DNA from: Bigelowiella natans CCMP2755
Lineage: Eukaryota > Protista > Cercozoa
Assembly (NCBI GenBank): GCA_000320545.1
Contig: ADNK01001417.1
Span: forward strand, 1-64,000
Length of the DNA stretch: 64,000 nucleotides
Direction: 5' to 3'
Shown piece after piece: positions 62,971-64,000 of the stretch. The notes under the pieces were generated by a model that had not been told where the DNA came from, did no database searches, and saw only the letters and a list, made by a program, of their open reading frames with translations. How positions within the stretch are numbered: position 1 is the stretch's first letter; each line of letters opens with the position of its first letter. The position numbers and the translations under genes are program-made.

Positions 62971-63026
62971 TCAAATAGAAGACGGTAGAGGTAGTGGTCA
63001 CGGTCTAGTCTATGTCTTGCGGGAAC

Positions 63027-63115
63027 CAAGTTCCCTAAGCTAGCTAAGTATGAGATATTGAGACGGATGTAATGAAGTGATTAGATCTTTTCAATAGTCA
63101 TCCTAATGTAGCTAT
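63027..63115 (+). repeat. Dispersed ~90-100 bp element, copy 2
   Basis: gatattgagacggatgt and tcttttcaatagtcatcctaatgtagctat match 46547-46624. Confidence 0.8.
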
Positions 63116-63440
63116 GCAAAGCAGCGACTTATCGTGCATGGCGGCGGACGAGGATCTATAGCGATGTACTAGTGTGCTGGACACCCCGCGTGCGCCAAGA
63201 CCTCTAGACCTATCTTGCTAGCTGCAGACGTGCAGCTCCATGTGCGTGCATGCAATGCTATATTGCTACGGCCTGCGATGCGCATGCATGCCAAGCTAGC
63301 TAGACGCACTGCTGCTAGCGCTAGAGCCATCACGCATGCTTCGATTGCAATCACCAAGACGGGTGCCACGGTGGCGAGCGTTGTGCAACCGAATGCAATG
63401 TTCGCCACGTGGTTAGGTGGGTACAGTGCACATCTGTGAA
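63030..63440. repeat. CTAG/TGCA-rich tract downstream of GTPase relic
   Basis: gctagctag, gcgcatgcatgc, gctagcgctag. Confidence 0.7.
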
Positions 63441-64000
63441 GATGACAGTCATTTTTTCAATCGAAGACTTTGACATAAAACGTTTCACTCACAAATCGAA
63501 ATTGTGAAACGTCGTAACAATACCACACTTAACCTCCTCATCCACATGCATGGCAAAGTCAGACACATTATTACACTACAAACTGTTCAAGGTCTTGACA
63601 AACTGTCTTTCCGAGGCCAGAGAGGTTTCGAAGGTGAGAAAGAATGTATTGTATTTGCGTGCTAATTTTCCTCTTTATGACATCATTTCCTGGGTATAAA
63701 TAAAGATACGTATGAAGTGTTGTTCATGATCATCTACGCCTCAAAAGGGGATATAAGTAGTGGGGAAGTACATGCAGTGACAAACCTTTTTCAAATGGGT
63801 CTTTCAGATATCGCTTACATATTGTGCTGTACACAGCAGCGATTTGCGAAAAAATCCTATTTCTGTGATTTGATCAACATATTTACGTCAAACGCCTCTT
63901 ACAAAATAGATTGATAAACACTACCAAAATAGCCCTTGTTCCGACAGTGTAAATCCATGTTCAATCATCATCATCATCATCAGCAGCAGCAGCAGCAGCA

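Noticed and set aside
63450-64000. Possible exons of a further gene at the window end
   Set aside because: No recognisable motif or confident strand assignment.

Overview
Gene-dense, intron-rich eukaryotic nuclear DNA, most consistent with a chlorarachniophyte alga such as Bigelowiella natans. This is inferred from a plastid-targeted RPE with a signal + Arg-rich transit presequence and from short GT-AG introns. About 17 protein genes can be read by hand-splicing: YOR238W-like, SLC25 carrier, RPL37A, RPE, WDR36/UTP21, RPL35A, RRP8, two hypotheticals, a coiled-coil/Ig-PH (SCAB-like) protein, LSM14, an ankyrin protein, CWC21, CHMP1, NCAPH2, ALDH and GAPDH, plus a disrupted tandem-GTPase relic. 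Genes sit mostly in alternating head-to-head / tail-to-tail pairs. The most unusual signals are: (1) two non-genic domains (1-1500, 17341-18290) almost stripped of TpA except inside CTAG, with CpG retained, suggesting a local TA->TG/CA 'reverse-RIP' mutation process; (2) a CTAG/CATG/TGCA-rich 0.5-0.9 kb tract at every convergent gene junction; (3) a class 1/2 ALDH fused in frame to an N-terminal LisH-like motif and NLS-like segment. All counts and splice models are by eye.
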